A DNA stretch of 64,000 nucleotides from contig NC_043002.1 in the NCBI RefSeq assembly GCF_006345805.1, positions 77,748,001-77,812,000 of the forward strand, read 5' to 3'. A program made the position numbers and the translations under genes. The notes beneath the pieces are model-generated. The model saw nothing but the letters and a program-made list of their open reading frames with translations, ran no database searches and was not told where the DNA came from. Origin of the DNA: Octopus sinensis. Lineage: Eukaryota. This document shows, piece after piece, positions 1 to 13,035 of the stretch (the stretch's first letter is position 1; every line of letters begins with the position of its first letter).

Positions 1-1099
1 TGTATGTGTGTGGCTGGACTTAGTGTTGCTTAAGGTCATAGGAAGAATTTATAGTAAGAATTTTGGTAGGAGTGGCTGTCTGAATAAGACAAATACATGA
101 GTTACACAAATACATAGTTGAAGCATTGTTTTACATTCAGATGTTCTTCTTCTTGCTAACCCTTCCATGTTTTTCAAACACACACAAACACACACTCATC
201 ATCATTATTGTTTAACACCAGCATGGAGAATGGACATCAAATGATGATGATGTTGAGTGAGTTGGTATGTGTGTGCGTGTTTTGTGTGTGTATGCATGCA
301 CATGTGTGTGTGTGTGTATGCATGCACATGTGTGTGTGTGTGTGTGTTTAAAAAAACATGCAAGCTCAAGCAACAAGAAGAATATCTGGTTGTAAAACAA
401 TGCTCCAACAACATACATTTGTCTAACTTGTGTTAGCATGCCAAAAGCAGGCAAAAAAAAAAAAGACTATATGAATTCTGTTAGAATACATCTTATAAAA
501 ATGGTTGACTTTATAAAAATAATTGACTTTGGCTGATTTTTTTTCTTCAAAACTTAACTATGTGGTCACGGATAAAATCTGCAAAAAATTTGGATCCAGG
601 TAGAAAGCAGAACGATACAGTTATGATGTATTACTTTCTGTCTTCAAAATGTTTTAGCAAATAACAGTAATTAATATAGATGTTGGGTTAATTCCTTAGA
701 CTCAAATTCGATGGAATGAATTTAAAAATAATATTAGAATCATTATACTGTTTTAGAAGTTAATATACTTAAGTGTTCATCCATGAGGCTGTAGGTCTGA
801 AAGGGTTAAACACTTTGATTTGTTTGGTTAACATAATTAAATAAAATGTCAACTGACTGCAAGGAAACTGTCTTGTTTTGTTTCAAAACCCGTGTTAAAT
901 AGATTATTAAACAATTTCAGGTATCAACAACCATAGTAAGCAATGAACAATCAGTGACAAAATAAATTTTGTTCCATAATGGCTGACTTTGTTTTGAAAG
1001 ATTAACTTGGTGAAGTAGGCACAATTTGGTGCACACTCACACTCACACACACACAAACACACACACACACACACGCACGCGCACGCACACACACAAAAT

Positions 1100-1250
1100 G
1101 TGCTTCTTTCAATAGCTGTCTACCAAATCCATTCACAAGGCTTTGGTAAGCCCAAAGCTTTCGTAGAAGATGCTTGTCCAAGGTATCACACAGTGGGACT
1201 AACCCTAAAACCATGTAAGTATGAAGCAACAAACTTTCTTGACCACACAT
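1100..1250 (-). mobile_element. tRNA/CORE-type SINE family A, 5' half, degraded
   Basis: Matches the reverse complement of the family A head seen in full at 32498 and 35990. Confidence 0.7.
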
Positions 1251-1431
1251 TCTTATACAACAATGAAAAAAAAGTACAATGCAATAGATTACTAGGTCTG
1301 CTACATTGAGCATTTCTCAGGTCTGCAAGAGCTCATTGGAAAATGGTAAAAGAGGGGACAGAGAGCAGTGTTAATTCATATAAAGAAAGAAAGCAGTGAA
1401 AGCCAAAAATAAAAGCATAGTCATCATTGTC

Positions 1432-1620
1432 ATCATCATCATCATCATATAATGTCAATATTCCATGCTGGCAGGAGTTGGAAATTTTGACTTGAGTTGA
1501 CAGGCATGGGTTCCAACCCATGCCTGTCAACTCAAGTTTGACAGGAGCTGACTAGGCAGAAGACTGCACCAGGCTTCACTGTCTGTTTTGGCATGGTTTT
1601 TACAGCTGGATAACCTTCCA
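1432..1620 (-). mobile_element. RTE LINE 3' tail copy with an internal palindrome
   Basis: (CAT)n followed by ttccatgctggca...ctgcaccaggc...cagctgga, the 3' end of the RTE copies at 25.4 and 53.6 kb. Confidence 0.7.
1490..1537. repeat. 48-bp palindrome (23-bp arms, 2-nt loop)
   Basis: acttgagttgacaggcatgggtt-cc-aacccatgcctgtcaactcaagt. Confidence 0.95.
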
Positions 1621-2129
1621 TGAGGTAAAACACAAGAACTCAGAAAAGTGGACAGTAAGAGAGCTGGGAAGAGGAAAGGGTACATATGCACATCGGGAGT
1701 AGTGTTAGCAACTTTCAGGATGCATAGAATTTTTTAAGAATGCAATGTCCTGATAGCTAATGATAGACACGAATAGTTTATTCCATGCTTCAACAATTCT
1801 GAACACAAAAAGTTTCTAAAAGTCATGGGTGCTGCGCTGTTTTTTGATTTTATAAGCATGTCCTCAAATGGCAGAGGTAGATTATTTTAATCAAATTTCA
1901 CCAAAGAGAAAGAATTTACTTGGTGAGTTGAAGAAAACCATGCAAAAGGTTGAAAGTAAATTAATACCCAGTGATATATTAACTTCATACAAATTTCTGA
2001 ATTCAAAGCAAATTTTTATTGTGTAACTAAATGGGGAATATATTTGCTTTCTTTCAGGGAATACTTGATTATTGAGTCTTATTTGAGAATTGGCAATAAT
2101 GTGTACAACCACTACTGGAAGCTGATATT

Positions 2130-2420
2130 CAGGACCTCGTGGTTGAATCCAAGCTCCAGGACCTCTGTCAATCAGAGTTGACCATGTGTCCGCACAAGCC
2201 TAGGTAAAGCTTTTTTGTTTTTTGAAGATGGCTGACAGAGTCTATATATGTAAGCTTCTCTCCATGTTGCCAGTGTTATCCAAGGGAAAGGCTGCCATCT
2301 TAGAGCTGATATAGCTTAGTGCCAATTTCATCACAGATATTGCAAGGTGCCAGAACAGGTATTACAAAACATCTTTCCTGGAGCTCTAACAGTTCTACCA
2401 ATCTACTACTCGGGATTCAT
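2130..2420 (-). mobile_element. SINE family D fragment
   Basis: ccagtgttatccaagggaaaggc is the reverse complement of the gcctttcccttggataacac block of the SINE at 59381. Confidence 0.5.
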
Positions 2421-3837
2421 TTGTTTTGTTTTTTATTGATCCTTAAAAGGATCAATAGCAAAGTTGACCTTAGCAGGATTTGAACACAGAACACTAACAA
2501 CTATGAACTCACAGAAAAACATGAATTTCCCTCAGACTGAAATAATTAATTTCATTTTTAATTTTAATGAAATGACTGTTTTCATAAATAGCTAATCAAT
2601 AAGTTACAGGTTAAATCATACTGAAGACTTCCAAAAATAATGAAATAGTGCTATACATGATTATGAGCAACTAGAAATTGTAAGAACTTCATAGAAGATA
2701 AAAAGAAATTAGATATGTGAACTCTGAACATTTTCTTCTGTAATTTTAAATTCAAATTTCTTATTCCACATTGTGTTGTGAGGTAATGGTTATCTCTCTT
2801 GTATTAATGGTCATAGCCAGACAGAACTACATGTAATTAATTTCTTTATTCAACTAAGTCACAGCTAATTCTTGTACTAACATACAGACAATTTATGAAA
2901 GTTGCTGCAAGCAGCTAAAATGTTGTCATCAGATCAACTGAAAATGGTTCAGAAGTTACTGAACAAATCATTAAAGACATCAGGAACTGTGTTCATTTAA
3001 CAACTTGCATGATGAAACTGTTCTGAAGGTAGAGATACACTATTTCATCACAGAACTTGTATTACAATGACAGCAAAAGCTGTTGATAAACTGAAATGAG
3101 AAATGAGAAAGTTACATTTCCATCAATCACATGAGACTGTTACAGGCTTTTCTCTGCCAACTAACACTTTGATCAATGGTGTTAAAAAGTATCTGCAAAG
3201 CTGTAGACATTGCTTCTAAAGGTGATCAACAAAGCTAACACCTCATCAGATACCAATTCTTTTAAGGAAAGATATGCCACTGACAATGGCATTAATTCTT
3301 TGACAGCTCAAATTCCAGCATTTGAAGTTCCTATCTAGGGAGATATCTATTTGTTGTTTGCCTGACATTGTGGATCAGCTAATGAGATATAAAGTGACAG
3401 CAAGCATCTGATATCAAAGATTTGTACTACTTGTCAGCTTTTGCTAATAGACCTGACAACATCTACAATGACTTAACAAAGATTCTCTCTAGTAAAACAA
3501 TTAAAAACGTGTCATAAGTCAAGAATGACACAAAACAAATAAAATTCTCCCACTATACTTTTATATTACAATGATTTGAATAATTAAATAAATCTAATTG
3601 CTGTTCCTACAGGAGTTGCTTCCCTAAATGAGAACAGACAAAACAATTTCAGAAGATTCTGACTGGCTGGATAGCAAATTGAGTTGAATACGAGTTTATA
3701 ATTATGATTGTTTCCCTTCCTTAGAATAGCCTCCTATAATATTTTAATGCACATACATTATAAATTTTAATCAACACTTTCCACACCTCAAAGTTGTGGA
3801 ATAATACAAGCTGTTTGAAGAGAAATCATGTGTTTTT

Positions 3838-4156
3838 TATTTTTACCCTTCTGAATTCTGTTTATCCCCTGCTGAGTCAGTATTGAGAATAATTTCTGGT
3901 AAGTGGGTTTATGATGTGTTTTTTTATTTTTTTATTGCCCACAAGGGGCTAAACATAGAAGAGACAAACAAGGACAGACAAAGGGATTAAGTCGATTACA
4001 TTGACTCCATTGCATAACTGGTACTTAATTTATTGACCCCGAAAGGATGAAAGGCAAAGTCGACCTCGGCAGAATTTGAACTCAGAACGTAACGGCAGAC
4101 GAAATGCCACTAAATATTTTGCCCAGCGTGCTAACGTTTCTGCCAGCTCACCGCCT
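3838..4156 (-). mobile_element. SINE family C carrying a 3'-transduced flank
   Basis: SINE body ~3926-4156 plus ~85 bp matching 36685-36775. The whole unit is flanked by TCATGTGTTTTT (3826-3837) and TCATATGTTTTT (4157-4168). Confidence 0.85.
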
Positions 4157-4221
4157 TCATATGTTTTTGGGGTTTTTCTGTTTGTTTTTTACAGGATTGC
4201 AAAACATTAATTTACATTTAT

Positions 4222-4455
4222 CTTTTATACTCTACTTGTTTCAGTAGTTAGACTGCGGTCATACTGGAGCACCACCTAGAAAAATTTTAGTCAAACAAAT
4301 CAACTCCAGAACTTAATATTTTTTTTAAAGCCTAGTCTGTTTTGCCAAACTGCTAAGTTACAGGGTCAAACACAAACATAAAGAAACACACACACACACA
4401 CACATACACATATATATAATGGGCTTCTTTCAGTTTCCATCTAACAAATCCAAAT
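4222..4455 (-). mobile_element. SINE family A, partial
   Basis: tacttgtttcagt...gctaagttacagg...(CA)n...gggcttctttcagtttcc. Confidence 0.7.
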
Positions 4456-4564
4456 TTGAATAAACATTATTAATCTACAACCCTAACAGTATTTTAATTG
4501 CTTTTCACACCATTGTGAAATAACCTTCCACTACAACACACACATGCGTGCATGCACACAAACA

Positions 4565-4603
<39 letters not shown>

Positions 4604-7494
4604 TTCAAATATTGTATTCTGAAGTGTCATAGTAAAAATATTTTATATATCTATAGCATGATATTATATGCAAAATCTAAATAATACGATACCTGTCAAC
4701 ATTTAGATAAAATATTGGCATAAATATTGTTTTATATATACACAAAGATGTTTGAAGATCACATCTGAAAGAAATCAATTCTTATCCACAATGATATCTC
4801 ATTTCAGAGTTATAGAATCTTGGAGCCATTGGCATTCTTTAGTTGTTAAAGTGAATTACGTGCTCATTTCAACTTGCACCAAAGAGGATTTTTTTTTCTT
4901 TTTCTGTTTTAAATCAAATATTCTACCAAATAAATCAATCTCTCATACATAATAAAGAAATAATAATTTCTAAAATGGAATGCCAAATATTTTTTATAAA
5001 AGATGGACATGTGAAGGGGAAGAAAGAAGAGAAAGGGTTAAAGAGCAGTAGTATATCAATAACTGTAGAGTGTTCTTAGTTCAGATTTTGAAGTCACAGG
5101 TTTATCTACAAGTTGCATAAAAAAAAGTTTTTAAGTTTAAAGGGAACTTTTTGACATAACTGTGATTGGTTTCACTTGTTCTGAATGAATAGATCTCCAC
5201 CACAACAAAACTCTACCCACACAAATCATGCCGCTGTTCTTCAGCATGACAGATGTCTGCCATTTGTACTGAACAACAGTAATATTCACCTTGTACCGAA
5301 CAACAGAAATATTAACCTGTCTGTCTGTACAGTAAGGTTTATTTTTATTCACTCATTTTTTTTATTCATGCTGTTGTTGGTGTTGTTGTTGTTGTCATTG
5401 TTACAAAATGAAAATAATGCAATTTTATGGTTATATGGTTTCTGCATTTTTAACAAATTTCTTTTATATATGTATATGTATATATATATGTAGGGGGGGT
5501 TACATATATATGTATATGTATGTATGTGTATATATATATAAATTGAATAGACACAGGCAGTTCATTTTAGAACATGTCAGACACAAATATGTAAAAAATT
5601 CTTTTAAAATTTTTTTCAAAAGTCACTTCACAAACTTGTAGAAAAATCTATATTGAAAGAAATTTTATTCTTTATTATATTTTAATGTCTGCCCTTCTAT
5701 ACCACCCACACAAGATAGAGAACAAAATCAACAGTTTCCACGGCATTTTCTCCTCCTTCTCCTCCTCCTTCTGTAGCTCTGCATTGTTGAAGGCTAATTC
5801 AGTGATAGCTGAACAATGTCAAAATTTAGTCAACAGATTTCCACTTTTAACCATTCATTTCAACTATTCCTCTTTGACATTTAAATCAAATGCTTTTTAC
5901 TTATTTTAGCATGGAGAGCTTTATATGAAAATGGACTCCAGAAGCCATAATGATGGTGGGGGGAAGAGGAGAAGGAGGATGTAAGTGGTGGTTATGTAGG
6001 GAGGACATAATGATGATGCAGGTGATGAAGATGAGGCAGGTGATAGTGATAACAATGCAGGTGGTAGTGGTAGTGGTGGTGGTGGTGATGATGATGTTGG
6101 CAGCAGCAACAGTGGCTGTGGCAGTGAGGGTGATAATGCTGGCAGCAGCAGCAGCAGTAATGATGAAGATATGACAGTAATGGTAAGAATAATGACAATG
6201 TTGGCAATGATGATAATGATGATGGTGATGGTGATGACAGCAGTGCTCTTGGTAATAATGGTGTTAATGATGGACAATGTAATGACAGCACCATTAATGA
6301 CAACAATGATGATGATGATGATGATGATGATAAGATGGAGGAGGAGCAGGAAACAGAGTAAGAGGAAAAGGATCATAATGCTGCTGATAGGATTATATGT
6401 TTCCATGTACACATACATCCAAGTGTCTGTGTGAGTGTATGCATGTGTATCATATACTATGATATGATAAAAAGCAAAGAGTACAATAGAATTCTTTCTG
6501 AAACTAAGCAACTGTGAGAATGCCCATTGGTTAGTTGACATGATTGATGCCTTATATCTTAAGGCATATTATTACCTTACTGGATGTTTTGTTAGTATTT
6601 TAGCCAAAGGAACAGCATCCAGCTGATGAAACAAATATTCAAAATAAAAAGAATTTCAATTAAATTATAATGCAACAGAAAAAAAAAATTACTGAAAAGT
6701 ATTGGCTCAAAGCTAAAGCAGCCAATAAGAAGTCTGAAGTGAGATTTCTTCATATTTTTTAATTAATCCTACAAACTTGATATTAGACAACAGTTTGGTC
6801 AGTGATTAGTGGGAGACAGTCAGTGGTTAGGGGCCAAAAACAGAGTATAAAATAGGGAATCTAAACATGCAAACCTGTTCTTTTCAATACTTTTATATAA
6901 TAGAAACAGGAAGCGAGGAAAAGTGGAAAAAGAAAGGGAGTAAGTGTAATGATAACAACCCCCCAGTTTTCATGATTGACAGGAAATATAGCAACTGATT
7001 CAGTTGGCAGAAAAATTAATCTTCTTTGCTTCTTGGCTTCTTGATGTATTCCTTTAGATTGACAACGAAGCAATTAAAGAGAGAGAAAAAGAGAGATGTT
7101 TTTTTGCATTTCATCAGACACAATAAAAACTGAAACTAAAAAGAAAGAAAACACCTTTCCTCTAAATCCAAAAAGTTTCTGAACAATACACCCTTAAGAG
7201 ATCTATCACCATTGTAAATGGTTAGGATGTGCATAAAATGACATAAAACATGTTGTGTGTTGGCATAGAAGTGTATGGACAACAATTGATGCAAGACTAG
7301 AGAATCATAGGCACAGAGTTCGTAGCTGTGTATGGGCACAAGGAATAATGTTTATGGATGCATGCTTGGCGTTATGGATAAAAATTTGGCTTTAATGTAA
7401 TTGTTCAGAGTTCACATTATTTCAAGGTTCATATTGTTCATATTTCAATCCTATTGTCCAGCTAGTACTTTGACAAAGTATCATCTACAATAAC

Positions 7495-7745
7495 CTTCCA
7501 CCACAAGGTCCAGCCCTTGTGGTGCAGTGGTTTGTGTAACTCAATGGCCCTGAGAGCTATGTTAGTGGAACACAAGCTTGTGGTAGGGCCTCCCATGCTG
7601 GACAGATCAAAGGAAAGAGGCCAGTCTAACATGGACCACCTCTTCCTAGAAGTATAAATGAATTTACATAGAGCCAGCCCTACTACCAAGAAAAACAAAA
7701 CCGAGTTACAGAAGTATTGATGACAATGCAAAACCAACAAGACTT
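7495..7745 (+). mobile_element. Probable RTE-type LINE 5' UTR fragment
   Basis: ccctgagagctatg...gcctcccatgctggacagatcaaaggaaagaggccagtctaa resembles RTE/Expander 5' UTRs as I recall them. Confidence 0.35.
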
Positions 7746-8086
7746 AATCCATCATAACCCCATTTGGAGCTGGGTGCTTTTACTGGAATCTACTGATTTA
7801 TAAGCAATCAGATCAAGCATCCTGTATGAGAATAAACTTGATAATGCATCCTACTATAAGCAACACACATGTTACAATTTATGTCTCACTTACCATCCAC
7901 TTACTTTCATCCAGTCTCAGAGGTCTGGTAAAAAGAAAGTCATGGATGCTTCCTTTCTTCCTCAGACTTACCTAAAAGAATTGTATTTGGTTTCAATATT
8001 TTATCAATGAAATCAAATACAATTCTTGTATTTTAAACACATGTTTTCACTATTTTTATCATACTAGAGCAGCAAGCTGGCAAAAT

Positions 8087-8305
8087 CATTACTATACTGG
8101 AAAAAATGCTTAGCATTTCTTCCAACTTTACATTCTGAGTTCAAAAGCCACCGGAGTTGACTTTACCTTTCATCCTTTTGGGGTCAACTTTACCTTTCAT
8201 CCTTTCGGGATTAATAAAATAAGTACCAGTTGAATACTGGGGTTGATGTGATCAACTTACCCCACCCACCAAAATTGCTAACCTTGTTCCAAAATTTGAA
8301 ACCAA
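8087..8305 (+). mobile_element. SINE family C with a 27-bp internal tandem duplication
   Basis: gctggcaaaatc head. The block ttgactttacctttcatccttttgggg occurs twice in tandem. Confidence 0.75.
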
Positions 8306-8477
8306 TATTTTATCACACCCCCCCCCTTCAAACAGCAGGTGCACCGCATAGTGTCTCCTTGATAATTGCCATCTCTTTAAGAGCTCACAAAGCCCCAAGG
8401 GAGGTGCTACCATCCAGGTTGAGAAATAATCTGACTGAAATAATATATTACTGTCTGTAATAAGATATTACCATTCA

Positions 8478-8595
8478 GGCATGGCTGAATGGTTGAGAAG
8501 TTTCCTTTCCAGCCATATGGTTCTGAGTTCAGTCCTACTGCATGGAAATTTAACCAAGTCTGTCTACTAGAGCCCCAGGCTAACCAAAACCCATG
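8478..8595 (+). mobile_element. SINE family A head
   Basis: ggcatggctgaatgg...gagttcagtcc, with A/B-box-like motifs. Confidence 0.6.
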
Positions 8596-8694
8596 CATAT
8601 ATATATATGTGTATATATATATATTATATATATAATATATATATATATATATTATATATATATATGTGTGTGTGTGTATATATATATATAATAT

Positions 8695-8814
<120 letters not shown>

Positions 8815-9141
8815 AATCAAAGGTAGAGCAGAAAAAAAATAACAAACGGAAACTGTCAAAATACAACATGCAGAAAAAGGGCAATAGCACAACAACAGCA
8901 AACAGGACAAAGCAAGATACACAGATCATGTGCAGCCAATTGCCCCTTCAGTCAGAGTCCAGAATGTTCACGTAGTTTTGCCCACTTTTATTCAATACTA
9001 CTCAAAACCGGTTGGCCAGGGACTTAAACCAAAAGCATTAAGCCTCTGGACAAGACAAACAAATGTACATATATGAAAACAAATAAGTAAACAACAGAAA
9101 GTCTTTCAACTAATGGACAAACATAACATATGAAATATAAT

Positions 9142-9283
9142 TATACAATTAAAACAAAAATAGAACAAAACAAACAGGGTTTTTCGACTATCAGGTGAGT
9201 GTAATATATATATATATATATATATTACACTCACCTGATAGTCGAAAAACCCTGTTTGTTTTGTTCTATTTTTGTTTTAATTG

Positions 9284-9287
<4 letters not shown>
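9142..9287. repeat. Perfect 146-bp palindrome centred on (TA)n
   Basis: The arms are exact reverse complements, with the axis at 9214/9215. Confidence 0.95.
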
Positions 9288-9370
<83 letters not shown>

Positions 9371-9373
9371 CAT

Positions 9374-9431
<58 letters not shown>

Positions 9432-9596
9432 CATATATATACACACACACACACACACATATATATATACATACATACATATATATATAAAGTAACAAGC
9501 TAAGGAAAGGAATTCCTTCAAAGGGGTGTGTAAAACATCCAATTCACTGGTATGTCAGTTGAATACCACATAAATATGTGTATAATGCAAATTACA

Positions 9597-9812
9597 AACA
9601 ATAAATTAAATAGAGAGATTTAATTAACAATCCAATAATTTATTTATATTATAAAAAAACATAATATACTATGAATATAATATAAGATAACATAAAAAAT
9701 CATTGATAAACCAAAAGAGCTAACAATCTGTTTTGACTTATATACATTATTTAATTTATAAACAATTCATGTCCACTTATATAAGTCTCTTCAGAGTTTT
9801 GGTTCATAGACA
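9597..9812. repeat. Left arm of a long-range inverted repeat (partner 11228-11418)
   Basis: Reverse-complement match of roughly 85% by eye. Confidence 0.85.
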
Positions 9813-9898
9813 ATTACAATTAAAAAAACAACAAAATTATAATGGACAAAATAATCAAGTAATTAGAATCTACAACTATTGAAATATATTTCTATATA

Positions 9899-11225
9899 TC
9901 ATCATCATTATAACCATCGTTTAACGTCCATTTTCCATGCTAGCATGGGTTGGACGGTTTGACTGGGGTCTGGGAAGCCAGGAGGCTGCACCAGGCTCCA
10001 GTCTGATCTGGCAGTGTTTCTACAGCTGGATCTCCTTCCTAATGCCAACCACTCAGTGAGTGTAGTGGGTGCTTTTTACATGCCACCGGGACAGGTGCCA
10101 GGGGAGGCTGGCAGCAGCCATGATCGGTTGGTGCTTTGTACGTGCCACCAGCATGGAAGTCAGTCAAGGCGGCGCTGGCATCGGCCACATTCAGATGGTG
10201 CTTTTTACGTGCCACCGGCACAGGTATCACAACTACTATTTTCCATTTGATTTTTATTTTGATGTTGATGTACTTGACTCAATAGGTCTCCTCAAGCACA
10301 TCAGGTCACCCTACGATCCGAGGTAAGCACAGCAGGCCATTCTGTGATCCAAAGTACTTTGGATGGGCTGGGGCTGCTATGTGAAACTGGTGCAGGAAAC
10401 AGCTATGAACTCACGTCATTTGTCGAGTCTTCACAGTCACAGCATATCTCCAGAGATCTCAGTCTTTCATCATTGCCTCTGTAAGGCCCAACGTTCAAAG
10501 GTCATGCTTCACCACTTCATCCCATGTCTTCCTGGGTCTACCTCTACCCCGGATTCCTTCAACTGTTTGGGAGTGGCACTTCTTCACACATCTCTCCTCA
10601 TCCATCCATAGTACATAACCATACCACCGCAAACGTCTCTCCTGCATGCCACATCCAATGCTTCTTATGTCCAGCATTTCTCTCAGGGCACTTACACTCT
10701 GTCGTGTGTGCACACTGACATTACACATCCAGCGGATCATGCTAGCTTCATTTCTTTCAAGCTTACGCATGTCCACTGCAGTCACAGACCATGTTTCACT
10801 ACCGTGAAGCATGGCAGTTCGCACACATGCGTTGTACAATCAACCTTTCACTCTGAGCGAGAGACCCTTTGTCACCAGTAGAGGTAGAAGCTTTCTAAAC
10901 TTTGCCCAGGCTATTCGTATTCTAGTGGTGACACTCTCTAAGCATCCACCTCCACTACTAACTTGGTCACCTAGGTAGCGGAAACTATCAACTACTTCTA
11001 GTTTCTCCCCCTGGAGTGTGATGGAATCTGTTTTCTGAGTATCTGTGGTGTCTATTTGTCCCTGTGCATATGCCGCACACGAAAGCTATCTTCTCGGTTA
11101 ATTTTCCTTTGATGTTGCTGCACCTCTTATGCGTCCTAGGTTGAAACAATCTTTGTCTATTATAATACATAGGCATTTCAGTTGAGTTTTTTACAATCCT
11201 GCCATCCTTTGACATGGAATTTTGT
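9899..11225 (-). mobile_element. RTE LINE, 5'-truncated (C-terminal ORF remnant, 3' UTR, GAT tail)
   Basis: Translation YNACVRTAMLHGSETW...RRLRWYGYV...GRGRPRKTW and a Cys-rich remnant THKRCSNIKG. Confidence 0.9.
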
Positions 11226-11227
11226 CT

Positions 11228-11418
11228 GTCTATAAACCAAAGCTCTGAAGAGACTTATATAAGTGGATATGAATTGTTTATAAATCAAATAATGTATATA
11301 AGTTGAAGCAAATTGTTAGCTCTATTGGGTTTTTTAATGATTTTTTAAAATGTTATCATATTCATAATATGTTACGTTATAATATAAATAAATTATTGGA
11401 TTGTCAATTGAATCTCTT
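11228..11418. repeat. Right arm of the inverted repeat (partner 9597-9812)
   Basis: Reverse complement of 9597-9812, ending in a (TA)n tract. Confidence 0.85.
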
Positions 11419-11431
11419 TATTTAATTTATT

Positions 11432-11499
<68 letters not shown>

Positions 11500-11514
11500 C
11501 ATACATATATATAT

Positions 11515-12445
11515 ATCATCATCATTTAATGTCTGTTTTCCATGCTGGCATGGGTTGAATGGTTCGACTGGGATCTGGGAAGCCAGGAGGCTACACCAAC
11601 CCTAATCTTATCTGGCAGTGTTTCTACAGCTGGAAACCCTTCCTAATGCCAACCACACCGAGAGTGTAGTGGGTGCTTTTTACATGCCACCACCATAAGG
11701 GGCCAGAGGAGCTGGCATTGACCACGATCAGATGGTGCTTTTTACATGCCACCAGCACAGAAGCTAATCAATGCAGTATTGGCATTGGCCACTTTTGGAT
11801 GGTGCTTTTTACGTGCTACTGGCACGGGGCTCACAACTACAATTTCCATTTGATTTGATTTTGATATTACTGTTGTTGATGTACTTGACTCAGCAATGGC
11901 CACGTTTGGATGCTGCTTTTTATGTGCCACCGGAACAGAAGCCAGTCAAGGTGGCACTGGCATCAGCCACATTCAGATGATGCTTTTTATGTGCTACCGG
12001 CACAGGGCTCACAACTACAATTTCCATTTGATTTGATTTGATATTGCTGATGTTGATGTACTTGACTCAATACAGCTGTTGACTCACTTTATTTGCTGGG
12101 TCTTCTCAGTCACAGCATATATCTAGAGGTCTCGGTCTTTTATCATTGCCTCTGTAAGGCCCAATGTTCGAAGGTCATGCTTTACCACCTTATCCCATGT
12201 CTTCTTGGGTCTCCCTCTACCCCAGATTCCTTCAACTGTTTGGGAGTGGCACTTCTTCACACATCTCTCCTCATCCATCTGTAGTACATGACCATACCAG
12301 TGCAAACGTCTCTCTTGCATGCCACATCTGATGCTTCTTACGTCCAACATTTCTCACAGGGCACTTACACTTTGTCATGTGTGCACACTGACATTACACA
12401 TCAAGCAGATCATGCTAGCTTCATTTCTTTCGAGCCTACGCATGT
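11515..12445 (-). mobile_element. RTE LINE, 5'-truncated
   Basis: ERRLHWYGHV...GRGRPKKTWD followed by the same 3' UTR and tail. Confidence 0.9.
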
Positions 12446-12664
12446 TTTCAGCTAACTTATTCTCCTAAAATTCTTGGCCATGTTTAGCTTAAAAATGTAC
12501 ATTTTTACTCCAGCCTAACCAGCCTATTGCAATGAAACCTCTCCCCAGCGAAATCACCAACGCAAGAACAAAATTTAATGTAAGAACTACTAAATTTGCT
12601 TCTATTACCATTACACATGTATCAGTTATTTTTGCATCCTAACTGACGCATCAATCTTCTTTGC

Positions 12665-12715
12665 GCATTCTGAAGAGATTTACTAAAACTCATAAATTGA
12701 AATGATCGTAAATGC
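12665..12715 (+). ncRNA. Type I hammerhead ribozyme motif with a canonical core
   Basis: GCATT-CTGAAGA-GATTTA(10-nt loop)TAAATT-GAAA-TGATCG-TA-AATGC. Helix I has 5 bp, helix II 6 bp, helix III is near-palindromic and the site is GUA. Confidence 0.75.
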
Positions 12716-12834
12716 TACATTCATCATTGCTTCCTCCTTCTTTGTTATCTAATTAAATTAAAGGCATACCAGCAAAAACGACGAGTTTCCCTTTGTTATT
12801 ATATCCATTTTCTTCTCCTATATATATATATATA

Positions 12835-13035
12835 GTTAATCCAAACATGAAAACACAAAGAGAAAACACAACAACGCGAGGACATGGAACACGTATAGTG
12901 TTATTGGACGCTCAGGAAAGGAAAGAAAGGAGGAGGATTTAACATTAAGAGTGGAGCTCTTCGTCAGAACCATAGAAAAAGGAAAGGTCCAAGGAAGGGA
13001 AGATGGAGAAGTAGAAGAAGAAGGGTAAAAACAGG
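12835..13035 (-). mobile_element. Penelope-like pLTR fragment (family P3) with a decayed HHR at 12937-12970
   Basis: Homologous to 50300-50495 and abuts (TA)n. The minus strand reads CTGACGA-A-GAGC-TCC-ACTC-TTAA (GAAA lost). Confidence 0.6.

Noticed and set aside
560-809. piggyBac-like end GGTCTGAAAGGG|TTAA
   Set aside because: No matching left terminus was found.
2850-3520. Coding-like composition suggesting an ancient transposase (similar at 51100-51990)
   Set aside because: All frames are riddled with stops and I recognise no motif. A translated HMM search would be needed.
5910-5980. Plus-strand exon candidate (ttttag|...|GTAAGT)
   Set aside because: It runs into low-complexity sequence and the peptide is not recognisable.
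8935-8990. CTGACTGA motif, also at about 13150
   Set aside because: Cannot be folded into a hammerhead with correctly ordered helices.
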